DNA of 64,000 nt, from assembly GCF_009914755.1 (NCBI RefSeq), contig NC_060926.1. The stretch is one strand, 5' to 3'. The stretch's first letter is position 1; each line of letters begins with the position of its first letter. The notes beneath the pieces are model-generated. The model worked only from the letters and a program-made list of their open reading frames with translations, was not told the origin of the DNA and ran no database searches. The position numbers were made by a program, and so were the translations under genes. Below are positions 15,301 through 27,559 of the stretch, in pieces. Source of the stretch: the human T2T-CHM13v2.0 reference genome, Homo sapiens.

Positions 15301-18159
15301 GATGATTTAACTCCTTGAAGAGGTTTTATGTGTTCCCTGCTGCAGACAACAGAGATGTGGAGATGCACTGAACCTGGTCCTCAGCCCTCCTGTTTCTAAT
15401 ACATGCCTGGGATAGGCTCTCAGGTGTGCCTTCTCCCCTCTCCCTTCATGTATGTATGTAACAAATTTTGCTGTTAACATTGTCCAGAAATTCAAAGTGA
15501 CAGACCGGAGGTACTGCAATGTGGAACTCTTAACTTTTGTAAACTGGTAAGAATAGTGGAATGGCCAAGGTCTCTAGTTAACGACTTCTCCATCTTCTCT
15601 TATAGACTCTTCTGCTTGCCCATTCAGGAATAGGATATGTAATAGACAACTAACATCTGGTCTGAATATCTATTAGGAACATATGCTTTCCTCTGCTATA
15701 TTCTCATCCTAGAATAGATTAAGGGAAATCCAAACCAAATGGGGATTTGGGGAAATTTTCAAGGGTCACTTAATAAAGTAAGTTTGGTTTTCCCTTTGGA
15801 AAGAACATAGCACACTGTGGAGACAACATAGGGACCTAAGAACAGTCTTATGACATAAATAACCTGAATAAATAATCATCGTAATCATCCTCATCTTCCT
15901 CACAATTTTCAAATGGGAAATAGAAACTGTTCATTGTCACAGTTACAAATGGATATATCCTGTCGGGATTTTACTTGAAAGATGACATTTCTTGTCTGCT
16001 AAATGAAAACCAGTGGCTTTGGCTCTAGCTTTGCTTTCCCCAGTACTCCTTGTTAATAATATTCATAGTTGCTTTGGGGACTGGCTTTGTTCCTCTCCTC
16101 TACGAATTTCTTGATTTATGGTTATAAGATCTTCATGGCTAAATGACAAAGGTTTGTTTAAATAAAAGCAAGCACTAACTAATGTTCTCCACTACCAGGT
16201 ATTGGGAGAGTAAAGTTCAGTTCATTATCGATTTTACAATTTGAAATTAAGACATTTGGCTTTGAGAATGTGTTTTCACATCAAAATTGTAACAATGAAA
16301 TAGATATTATCCGTGATTTTAAAACTGGCTATCTCTACTCTTTCAAGAAATTAGGTCCACACAGAATTAATAGCTAAAACAGTGAAGATGAGTTATGATA
16401 GTAACTAGAAGTACAAAAATTAATTAATATTTTATTTTCAGCATTCATACCTAATCAGGGATAATTTAAAATTTTATTCCTGAATTTAAAATGGATTAGA
16501 AACATGTTTTACTAAAATAATTACATATTAAGTCTAAATAGATCATAGGTATTAGGTAGGGGTGATGTCTAAAGACATGGTCTATAATTATTTTTTGAGT
16601 TCATACCTATGTATTCAGATTTTTGACATAGTGCAAACATCAGCACAGGGGCAGGGGAAACAATAGTTGACTCCATCTTAAATGAAAGTTTACTGGTTAA
16701 AATTAGGTTGCCTATAGCAACCAAGATGCTACTTCTGGCTTTGCATCATAGGGATAGAGCTAGCTTTGAACCCATTTCCGTTTGAGAGGCTTACATTTGT
16801 TTAATAAAGCCTTTTTCACTTTTCTTGGTGTGATCCAGGACCCTGCTAATGAGCAGCCAGTAAATAATTTATTTAACCAGCTCTCCAACGATCTTGTAGA
16901 ATTTTAAGTTAAATGAAAGCTACTGGCAATATTTGCCTGTTTTTTTATTCTCTCTTCTTCTTCAGACCTACTCCTTCTCCTGCCTTCCCATTTCCATTAA
17001 ATAAAACTATTCTTCTAGAAATGAATTTTTAGAAATTTGGGTTCAAGAGAAACTAGAAGAAAATTTATCTGGGAGTCTGTTGTTGTTAATGCCTAATGTG
17101 TTACTTTTAAAAAAATGATAGTAGCATTGCCTTTACAAATAAAGGATGAATAACTTCCAGTTGAGAAAATAAAGTATATTTCATCAATAGAGAAAAATCT
17201 CTAATTAAAGTACTTGGATAAATTATTTTTAAAACATCAAGTGAGGTCTTCATAAATATAGTAAGGACAGGAGAATAGGATAGTTCAATCATCTAGGGCC
17301 ACTGCTGCAACTGGAAGTCAGGGGCTTCAAGTCAGGATCTGATTTCTCTAACAACTTTTTCATATATGTGAAAAACTCAAACAAATATGTGTTTGATTTG
17401 GATAAAAATAATCAAGATGTTGCCATTAACAATGGAGACAAGGAGACTACATTTTTAAAGTCATTTTTTTCTGCTTGCTTGAATAGATAAATATGAAAAA
17501 TATGTCTATATCCTAGACAAATATATAAATTTTTATTTATGGCATTATGTTTTTCTTATCAGATAGCAAACAATTCAGTGGCTCACTGAATCAATGTAAT
17601 ATTTCAAAGATTAAAAGTAAAGTTTGAGTCTATCATGCAGAGGCATTTGACTTATATGAGTCAAAGCCAACAAGTTTTACAGCTAATAGAAACCATTTTT
17701 GATTACTGGAAAAAGTGGTTACTTTAAACAAAGAAGGTTGCTATTTTCAAACCATGGTGACCCACACATTATGGGTTTTTAAGTCAGTTAAATTGGCCAT
17801 AACCAGATTTTTAAAGTTTTAATATTTAAAAGTTTTAACATTATGGAACACATTGGAATTAAAATTATTAGAATAAATTACAGTCAGTACTGGTAAGTGC
17901 TGGTTTTCAAAACTTTAGTTTCAGGGTATGTGTTATCTTCACATACTTTAAATCACAAAATGAAATATACATCTTATTGTGAACCATAATAAAATTGTTG
18001 AAATGCCATTGCACTGAGCCGTTGATGAACTTTGCCCGTCTCCCAAAACTAAAAGTGAAAGTGTTAGAAGGAACTTCAGACAGTGATTGTGGCTTAAAAC
18101 CTTTCATTGAGTGAACAAAACTGTTCCAAGTAGTTTTATGAGAAAGTAAACAGAAAGAA

Positions 18160-19421
18160 CAAGCAATAGGGAAAAGATTTCCTATTTAATAAATGGTGCT
18201 GAGACAACTGCCTAGCCATATGCGGATCGACCCCTTTCTTACACCATATAAAAAATCAACTCAAGATGGATTAAAGACTTAAGTGTAAAAACTTAAAACC
18301 CTAGAAGAAAACCTAGGCAATACTATTCAGGACATAGGGATGGACAAAGATTTTGTGACAAAAACACCAAAAGCAATTGCAACAAAGGCAAAAATGGACA
18401 AATGAAATCTAATTACACTAAAGAGCTTCTGCACAGCAAAATAAATTATCATCAGAGTAAACAGACAACATACAGAATGGGAGAAAATTTTTGCAATCTA
18501 TCCATCTGACAAATGTCTAATATCCAGCATCCACAAGAAACTTAAACAAATTTACAAGAAAAAACAAACTCCATTAAAAAGTGGGCAAAGGACATGAGCA
18601 GATGCTTCTCAAAAGAAGACATAGATGCGGCCAACATATATGTGAAAAAAAGCTCAACATCACTGATCACTAAACAAATGCAAATCAAAACCACAATGAG
18701 ACACCATCTCACACCAGTCAGAATGGCTACTGTTAAAAAGTCAAAAAACATTAGATGCTGGCAAGGTTGTGGAGAAAAAGGAACGCTTTTACACTGTTGG
18801 TGGGAGTGTAAACCATTATAGAAGACAGTGTGGTGATTCCTCAAAGACTTAGAGGCAAAAATACCCTTTGATCCGGCAATCCCATTACTGAATATATACC
18901 CAAAGGAATATAATTCATTCTATTATAAAGATACATGCATGCATATGTTCATTGCAGCGCTATTCTCAACAGCAAAGACATGAAATCAACCTAAATTCCC
19001 ATCAATTATAGACTGGATTTAAAAAATGTGGTACATATACACCATGGAATACTATGCAGCCATAAAAGTGAATGAGATCATGTCCTTTGCAGGGACATGG
19101 ATGAAGCTGGAAGCCATTATCCTCAGCAAACTAATGCAGGAACAGAAAACTGAATACGGCATGTTCTCACTTATAAGTGGGAACTGAATGATGGGAACAC
19201 GTGGACACATGTGGGGAAACAACACACACTGGGGTCTGTCAGTGGGTGGAGATGGGAGGAGGGAGAGCATCAGGAAGAATAGCTAATGGATGCTGGGCTT
19301 AATCTCTAGGTGATGGAATGATCTGTGCAGCAAACCACCATGGCACCCGTTTACCTGTGTAACAAACCTGCACATCCTGCACATGTACCCCTAAACTTAA
19401 AAATAAAAGTTGTAAATCAGA
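18160..19421 (+). mobile_element. 5'-truncated L1PA (older, about PA13-16): ORF2 C-terminus and 3'UTR
   Basis: ORF 18594-18821 gives the L1 ORF2p C-terminal cysteine-rich motif (CWQGCGEKGTLLHCWWEC). The 3'UTR ends aacttaaaaataaaagttg. TSD aaagtaaac(a/g)gaaagaa at 18143-18159 and 19422-19438. Confidence 0.93.
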
Positions 19422-20834
19422 AAAGTAAACGGAAAGAATCAAGATGTTTCAGTCATATCTTTAATGGTACATTGAGTTTAAGTTATCTAAATATGGAAAA
19501 TGACACAGATATTGTTGCCCATTTATATAATCTAGTCTAAGCCAAAAGTTGAATTTGTTTCTGTTTTCCAGCTAAAATCAAACAACTCATAGTAGATAAT
19601 ACATTCTACATTTGGTAATTAACAGAGCTAACCTTTTCATGATACTAAGAATATTAAAAACCTACATAACCTTTCACTTGCTGCATGTGCTGACTTTTAT
19701 TTTTCTGTAATATATCAATGAGAGGCATAGTGTTTCAGAAAAAAGAATAAGAAAAATGTCTACTGAATGTTTTGTTTCAAATTAAATACAAATGTCAAAA
19801 TTATAGAAATATTTAGCTTTGTTATCCTTTGTAAAAATTTGTTTTATATATATATATGTGGTGGGAGTGTAAATTAGTTCACATACATAAAACCTGCTTG
19901 ATGTTAAACCAACTACATATTTGAGCCAGTGTCATGCATACAAAAAATTCAAAAATTTTTCTTTACTGAGTGGTTAAGGATTGTAGATATGAAGGGCTTT
20001 CCTGTAACCTTAAATTACATTTAATTTTAACCTCAATTAGGTTGATTAAATGGTCTAGTGCATAGCATGTGATCCTCAAGATTTTTGTTATACTCTTGTG
20101 ATATGTGATAAATGACTCAAACTGAAATTATAACACATGTTGCTTCTATATCTACTACACTGAGCACAGTCTTTCTTGTGCCATAGAGTTTTAATTGTTT
20201 AAATAAAGACTGTCCTAGAAATCTTACTACATGTAAAATATGAGTCAGATTTCACTTCGGGAAAACACTGGAAGTGAAATGGAAAACATTCAGGTTATTT
20301 TTATAAAATAAAAAATAGTGTACTTTTGCTTAAAATGTGATGTCTGAAAATAAATGTATAGCTTTTAGCTTTATTATTAGTTTTGAGCTAGTTACATCCT
20401 AAATTATGTACCTGAAATTCATAAAAAGTGACATTTAGACTAATATATAATTGGTGTAAATAGCAGAACAGGTTGACAACTAACCAGTGTTCTTCAACAG
20501 CATGCAGTCATTACATGAAACAGTCATTCTTAAACTTGTCTTTGCAGGCTTTGACTAAAATAATCTATTAAAATACATATTGGTTTGGACTTTTAGGAAG
20601 GAACAGTATCTTGTAAACTCTGTCTAGGGTGTATCCCCAAAATGTTGGAATACCCACTTACAAAGAAGATAAAACCACATACCTAATAGGTGAAACTCCC
20701 TGTGAGTTTAATGAAAATAAAATTTGGTGTAAATATAGAAAAATAGGAAGAGCATTAGAATTTTTAGAGAAATCTATGTACTCCATTGAGATGTAATCAT
20801 GTATTCTCACATATCCATTCTCTTATTTTTATTA

Positions 20835-21080
20835 AGGGGGTCAGTGCTTTCCAAGGTTAAAAGTACAGACTCCTGAGTTACAATGATTGGGGTGTAACCT
20901 TAGTTTTTCCGCTGTTAAACTGTGTCATCTGAGACAATTTTACCCTTTCTTATCCTTATTTTCCTCATCTGCACTATGAGGATAATATAAGATCTACCCC
21001 AAAGGGCTATTTTAGGAATTTAATGAGATAATATTTATAAAGTATTGCAAAGGTTTAGCATAGTGCCTGGCTCATACCGA
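20835..21080 (+). mobile_element. MIR SINE
   Basis: ggttaaaagtacagactc...ttattttcctcatctg...tagcatagtgcctggctcata. Confidence 0.8.
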
Positions 21081-21088
21081 CATTGATA

Positions 21089-21431
21089 CAGGCCAAATAT
21101 CTGTTATCTGAAATGCTTGGGATCAGAAGTGTTTCATATTTTTTCAGATTTTGAAATATTTTCATATACATAATAATATATCTCAGGGATGGGACCCAAA
21201 TCTAAACATGACATTCTATTATGTCTCATGTATACCTCTTATACATAGCCTGAAAGTAATTTTATATATTATTTAAAATAATTTTGTACATGAAACAAAG
21301 TTTTGACTGTGTTTCTCACAGGAGGTCAGGTGTGGAAGTTTTCACTTGTGGCATCATGTGCACAATCCAAAAAGTTTTGGATTTTGAAGCATTTTGGATT
21401 TTGAATTTTTGGATTAGGGATGCTCAACTTG
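21089..21431. mobile_element. Tigger4/MER46-type TcMar DNA transposon
   Basis: ttatctgaaatgcttgggatcagaagtgtttc ... ttttggattagggatgctcaacttg, with TA on both sides. Confidence 0.85.
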
Positions 21432-22343
21432 TATATGTTTTATGACTAAATAATGATAAGTATTGACTGTGGAAAATGAAGATATACATAAAGATGAAAA
21501 TAAAAATGCATACATTCATAATTCAAATATTCTGGAATAACAATGCTGCATTTCCTTCCAGTATTTTATATACATATGTTATATATCTGTGTGTAGGTGA
21601 ATTTTCATATTTAATTTTATATATATTGGGAATTGAATAGTATATATGATTTTATGAGTAGCTTTTTGGTATTGTCTTGTTTGATACAGAGTTTAAAGGG
21701 GATTCTTTATGCTAGCGGGCAATCAAGAATGCTTTTCAGATTAGACTTAAAAAATTGGCCAGTTGCGTCTGTCATGTGTGTGTGTTAATGGGTCCTTATT
21801 GTTGGACGGGATCCTGAAGCACAGGGAATATGCCTATTAACTCCATGAAAGATAAAAACATATCTTGAATTTACCTCAATCAAATAAAAAATGATAATGT
21901 CATATGATTATACAATAGTGCATATATGCATGTGTGTGTACATGTACGTAAAGACACAGACACACACACACATAGTTCTTGACCTCATCTCATGATGCAT
22001 GAATACTGATTTCTAGTTTTGGCCTATACATCAACAGAGTTTCCAATACCACTCTTCTACCACTATTTTGTGTTTGCTCTATTCTGCATTTTTAAACTTA
22101 GTTTAATCCAGTGACTTTCTTTCACTTTAATCTACTTTATAGGTGTTTAATCTTTCTATAGGCCACTCTCAAGCACCACTTCACCCAAGTGATCTCTCCA
22201 CTCCCTCTCTCTCTTTCTCTTTTTCTATTCTCCTTGACGATATCTACTCTTCTGTCACCATTGGAGTATCTTCCTCATTTTTATATACTTATATAAGACA
22301 ATTTTCCTACAAAAACCAGATCAATTTCTGGATCTCCTGTGAA

Positions 22344-22344
22344 A

Positions 22345-22376
<32 letters not shown>

Positions 22377-22377
22377 A
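22344..22377. repeat. (TC)n microsatellite
   Basis: Directly visible. Confidence 0.9.
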
Positions 22378-22436
22378 CCCTTAATGATAATCTTCTTCAT
22401 TAAACTCCAGTATAAACTACTGTATACACCACTCAC

Positions 22437-22558
22437 CCTGGGTGACAGAGCAAGACCCTGTCTCAACAAAAGAAGAAGAGGTGACAGAGTGAGACCCTGT
22501 CGAAGAAGAAGATGAAGAAGAAGAAGAAGAAGAAGAAGAAGAAGAAGAAGAAGAAGAA
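22437..22558 (+). repeat. Alu 3'-terminal remnant (duplicated) followed by (GAA)3 GAT (GAA)15
   Basis: cctgggtgacagagcaagaccctgtctcaa, then ggtgacagagtgagaccctgtc, then the GAA tract at 22502-22558. Confidence 0.88.
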
Positions 22559-22629
22559 CTCACAAATAGATTATTTCCAAGTTAAAGGCAAAATTACAAC
22601 CTAATTTCTTCTATCTCTTTTATAATGTT

Positions 22630-23004
22630 TGCATTAGTCCGTTTTCATGCTGCTGATAAAGACATACCTGAGAGTGGGCAATTTACAAAAGAAAGAGGTT
22701 TAACTGGACTTAAAGTTCCATGTGGCTTGGAAGGCCTCACAATCATGGTGGAAGGCAAGGAGGAGCAAGTCACATCTTACATGAATGGCAGCAGGCAAAG
22801 AGAGAACTTGTGCAGGCAAACTCCCGTTTTTAAAACCATCAGATCTCCTGAGACTCATTCACTATCACCAGAACAGTGCAGGAAAGACCCAACCCCATAA
22901 TTCAGTCACCTCTCACTGAGTTCTTCCCACAACGCATGGGAATTGGGGGAGTTACAATTCAAGATGAGATTTGGGTGGGGTAAGGACACAGCCAAACCAT
23001 ATCA
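22630..23004 (-). mobile_element. THE1 (THE1A-like) MaLR solo LTR
   Basis: Minus strand starts TGATATGGTTTGGCTGTGTCC. 5-bp TSD atgtt at 22625-22629 and 23005-23009. Confidence 0.93.
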
Positions 23005-23295
23005 ATGTTCTTCACACATATGGAAGAACATGGATTCATGAAAGGGATAAAATAATAGAATCATTACATCTCCTGTGAATCTACCAGATTTAGTCTTTGT
23101 TTGCTTGTAAATTACAGGATGCCAAAGGGCCAGAGCATTTGAAAAGGAGATTCTAATACTAGCAGTTAGTATTGTTATTACTTTTTTTCCTTACATTTCC
23201 TGTCTCCCATACTTCCTTATACACTACAATAATAGGAACACAGTCTCCTTCATGTTAGATGTTTAAAACGTTTACAATAATATTTTATTCAGCAT

Positions 23296-23595
23296 TCTTA
23301 TTTTATTTTTGTTTTAGGTACCTAGTAGGAGTATATATTTATGGGGTAGGTGAGAGATGTTTTGATATAGGCATGCAATGTGAAATAAGCACATCATGGA
23401 GAATGGGTTATCCATCTCCTCAAACATTTATCCTTTGAGTTACAAACAATCCAATTACACTCTTTATTTTTAAATGTACAATGAAGTTATTATTGACTTT
23501 AGTCACCCTATTGTACTATCAAATAGTAGGTCTTATTCATTCTTTTTGTTTTGTTTTGTACCTATTAACCATCCCCATCTGCCCCTGAGCCTCCA
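23296..23595 (-). mobile_element. L1MA (about MA1-MA3) 3' end
   Basis: tatatatttatggggta...aggcatgcaatgtgaaataagcacatcatggagaatggg...atcaaatagtaggtcttattcattc. Confidence 0.85.
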
Positions 23596-23799
23596 GTTTA
23601 TAACAATATTGATATAATAGTGCATGGCCTAATTTGACATGAACATTTTGCCACAGTTTTGAGAACTGATGCTAAATACTCCAGATATTTAATGGAAAAA
23701 TGAGTACAGCAGCAATGTGCGCACATATCAATGTTCTAGTGATAATGACCCTGATAAAACATTTCAAGCTAGGTATAAAATTACATTTATATGCTTAGA

Positions 23800-24011
23800 A
23801 CAGTTTCTCAACTGGGGGCAATTTTGCCCCTATGTGAGTATTTAGCAATGTCTCCAGACATTTTTGGGTGACACAACTAGGGAACTGCTACCAGCATCTA
23901 GTGGGGAGGAACAAGGGATGGTGCTGAACATTCGAGATGCACAGGACGACCCCCACAGCAAAGAATTATGTGGCCCAGATGTGAATGGTGCTGAGGTTGA
24001 GACACACTGGT
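23800..24011. mobile_element. MER20 hAT-Charlie DNA transposon
   Basis: tttctcaactgggggcaattttgcccc...cccacagcaaagaattatgtggcccagatgtgaatggtgctgaggttgag. Confidence 0.9.
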
Positions 24012-24381
24012 TTACCGTTTCTAATGGAAGTGTAATTGTTTTGGTGGGTTCTTCATAATTGGAGAATAGGCCTCTCTAATTTTGGGAATAGAGCTTACTC
24101 AATGTCCTTCAGGGTAAGATACTAGAATAAAAACTGCTCCAGGAACTAGATAAATATCATATTTCTATAGAAGTTTACAAAACACTCTCACCAACCTGTT
24201 GGATACACAATAGGAGAGCTGCCACTCTCTCCATAAATATTCATCACGATGGAAAACTTCCCACATCCATGCACTCCTATAACCTTAAATGGCAAACGCA
24301 TACTTCATGAGGATGTGAAGAAAAAAGCAAATAAAGCCCTCTATTGGCATCCTATTGAATGTTTGATTGAAAATTCTAGAC

Positions 24382-24562
24382 CAGGGTTCTTCAGTTCAGG
24401 CTGTTCATTAGGATTGTGCGAACAAACTTTAAAAATTGTGATGCTCAGGCCCTTGTACTCCAATACAATTAACTGAGAAATTGTGATGACGGGCTTCAGG
24501 CATCACCATTTTGTAAAAGCTCCCAGGTAATTCTCAGGTATGATAAAGACCGAGAACTATTG
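24382..24562. mobile_element. MER5-family DNA transposon
   Basis: cagggttcttca...aaaagctcccaggtaattctc...gagaactattg. Confidence 0.7.
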
Positions 24563-25699
24563 TTCTAGCCTTTATCAATAATGTTGCGCCTAGGGAAAAA
24601 AAAAATAGACTGACCTGGAATATTTACATATAGTGTCAAAGAAGTTATACAAATCATTTAATGAGTTAAATGCTGCAAAATTCAAGACAGAGATTCTAGA
24701 TGTCATTTGTTAATATAAAGGTGAGCACTGAGTGACCCTAAGGATTTTGTAGACAGTTGTTTAAAAGTTGGCAAATAGCTGGGAGGGGGTAGCTAGTTAC
24801 TCTAATTCATGCTGATCTTCATATATTAAAATAAATGAAAGCAGAATAGTTTTTTTACTGTATTTCAAGGGCAAAACAAGGTTTTGATGAGAATGGAATT
24901 ATAAGACACATAATGCGACAAGAAGTAAAATTTGAATTCATCCCTAAAAATTTCTGCAAGAAGGGGAAATGGTGTAAACAAGCCATCTGTGTTGTGATGT
25001 GAAACACATTCCCTTGTGGTGGTCCTTGTGGGGTGCCTTTATTATCGTCAAAAAAAAAAGGAGAGGAACTTGCTGCAGGACCAAAGGCAGCAGGAATTCT
25101 GATCAACTTGTTTTCTAAATATGCACAAAATCATTCCTGCAAGGAGATGAGACAGTCAAAAGTCAGGAAATGGATGAATTAGTATAAATCTAAGAATTAA
25201 ATAAAATACAGTATTGGCAAAGCAGAGCTTTGATGCTGCTCTACATAAACACAAAAATGAACCGTTAAATTTAGAAGTGAACAGATTCAAATGCAGTTTG
25301 TCCTTTTTCTATCTATAGTATGAATCCTTCTGATCATGTACTGTACATTTGATGGAAGCATGTGGCTGTGGCAAATGTCCCCCAGGAACAGATCCAAATC
25401 AGAAGTTCAATTTGCTTCAAGATCTTTAAAATGTTCCAGGGGTGCAAAGTGGGTTGAGTTCACTCAAATTCTTATATTATCTTTTAAAACAATGAAATAC
25501 ACAACAGAGGGTAGTGGAGACATGAAACTTGAAAAAGCACAAGCTTGTTTTAAAGAAAACAAACACTTTATCTTAATTTTCCATGAGAGACAAATTAATA
25601 GAATTTTTTAAAAAAATCATTATCTGACCTATTTTCTAGACCTGTAATAATTCCTTTTTCTATTATTAATATTTTTTACTTTTTCAATCTCTGAGGTAT

Positions 25700-26345
25700 A
25701 TACGGTCCTTGGGTTTTAAGGCATGAACTCCAGCTCCAATTCCTATTAGCCATGGGATTCAGGAAGCTGAGTAACCTCCTGGATCCTCAATTATGTCTTC
25801 AGTAAAGTGTAGATAATAATATCTCCCTTAGTAGTTAGTTATGAGGATTAATTTTTAGGATGGTGAAATTGTGGCATACCCATAAAAGAGAATACTACTC
25901 AGCAATAAAAACGAAATATTCAAAACATGAATAAACCTGAAAAGTATTACGCTAAGTGAAGGCAGCCAGGCTCAAAAGGCTGTATATGATATGATTCCAT
26001 TTATATTTCACTTTGTAAATGGCAAAGCTGTAGGGACAGGAAAGATCAGTGGATGTCAGAGGTGTGGGGTGTAGATGGAAACTTACTGCAAAGAAAAAGG
26101 AGAGAATTTTTGGGGATGATGAAAATATTCTGTATCTTGACTATAGTGGTATTTACATGACTATATTTCTGTTGATTCATAGAATAGTGTAACTGTTTCA
26201 TGAATGGGTGAGTTTTGATTTGTAAATTATACATCAATAAACTTACAATCCCACTCCAAAGAGTAATGCATGAAAAGTTTAAAAACAAAAATAAATGTTA
26301 AAAAAATGGCGCATGGAAGTGCCTGGTGTGTTACCTATAAACATC
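25700..26345 (+). mobile_element. MIR split by an old L1M 3'UTR fragment (about 25860-26245)
   Basis: MIR halves at about 25700-25855 and 26285-26345. L1 motifs aatactactcagcaataaaa, gctaagtgaaggcagccag and tgtaaattatacatcaataaa. Confidence 0.7.
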
Positions 26346-26499
26346 CTTTTGTCATCTCTTCTCCTTTGTTTCACAGCCAAATATTTTTAATGCAGAGTCT
26401 ACCTTTGAATACAATTTTTTATCATGTGTTTTCTCCTTTACCTCCCATAAACTGGTTTCTGGCCTTTCACAAAACCCCAGTGACCCTTTATTGTCTTAA

Positions 26500-26834
<335 letters not shown>

Positions 26835-26839
26835 AAAAA

Positions 26840-27217
26840 TTATTATTATACTTTAAGTTCTGGGACATAGGTGCCGAACATTAAGGTTTGTTACACAGGT
26901 ATACACGTGCCATGGTGGTTTGCTGCACCCATCAACCCGTCATCTACATTAGGTATTTCTTCTAATGCTATCCCTCCCCTACCACCACCCCCAACCCCCT
27001 GACATTCCCTGGTGTGTGACGTTCCCCTCCCTGTCTCCATGTGTTCTCATTGTTCAACTCCCACTTATGAGTGAGAACATGCAGTTTGGTTTTCTGTTCC
27101 TGTGTTAGTTTGCTGAGAATGATGGTTTCCAGCTTCATCCATGTCCCTGCAAAGGACGTGAACTCATCCTTTTTATGGCTCCATAGTGTTCCATGATGTA
27201 TATGTGCCACATTTTCT
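26840..27217 (-). mobile_element. L1PA (L1PA7-like) 3' end
   Basis: ttattatactttaagttctggg...gccatggtggtttgctgcacccatcaacccgtcatctacattagg. ORF 26968-27210 has the L1 tail peptide (FAGTWMKLETIILSKL). Confidence 0.92.
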
Positions 27218-27559
27218 CAAATACGGTATGTTCTTCGGTCTCTCTGACGATTCAAATTTTGTCAAAGGAACCTTTTGCTTTCTGGACTTTGAGGACCCAG
27301 GGACTCTTCACAGGCTCCTTTTCATTTTCTGCCTATAAATATAGTTAATTCCTCAAAGTTGTATATCCAGTATATTTCTTTTTCATTGTTTCTATTCATA
27401 TGGGCCCTCCTACAATTTCAACCGTGAATGACTTTCAAAGACTAGACTTTTAAATATCTCCCCAAAGACCAAAATCAGCTTCATATTTTCATTTGCCTGT
27501 TGGGTAGCTCATGTTCCAAAAATAATAGGTTCTTTCCCAAATAAAAAATGTCCTGGAAT

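Noticed and set aside
18542-19540. Protein-coding ORFs with a cysteine-rich motif
   Set aside because: These are fragments of a truncated, disrupted L1 ORF2 and its 3'UTR.
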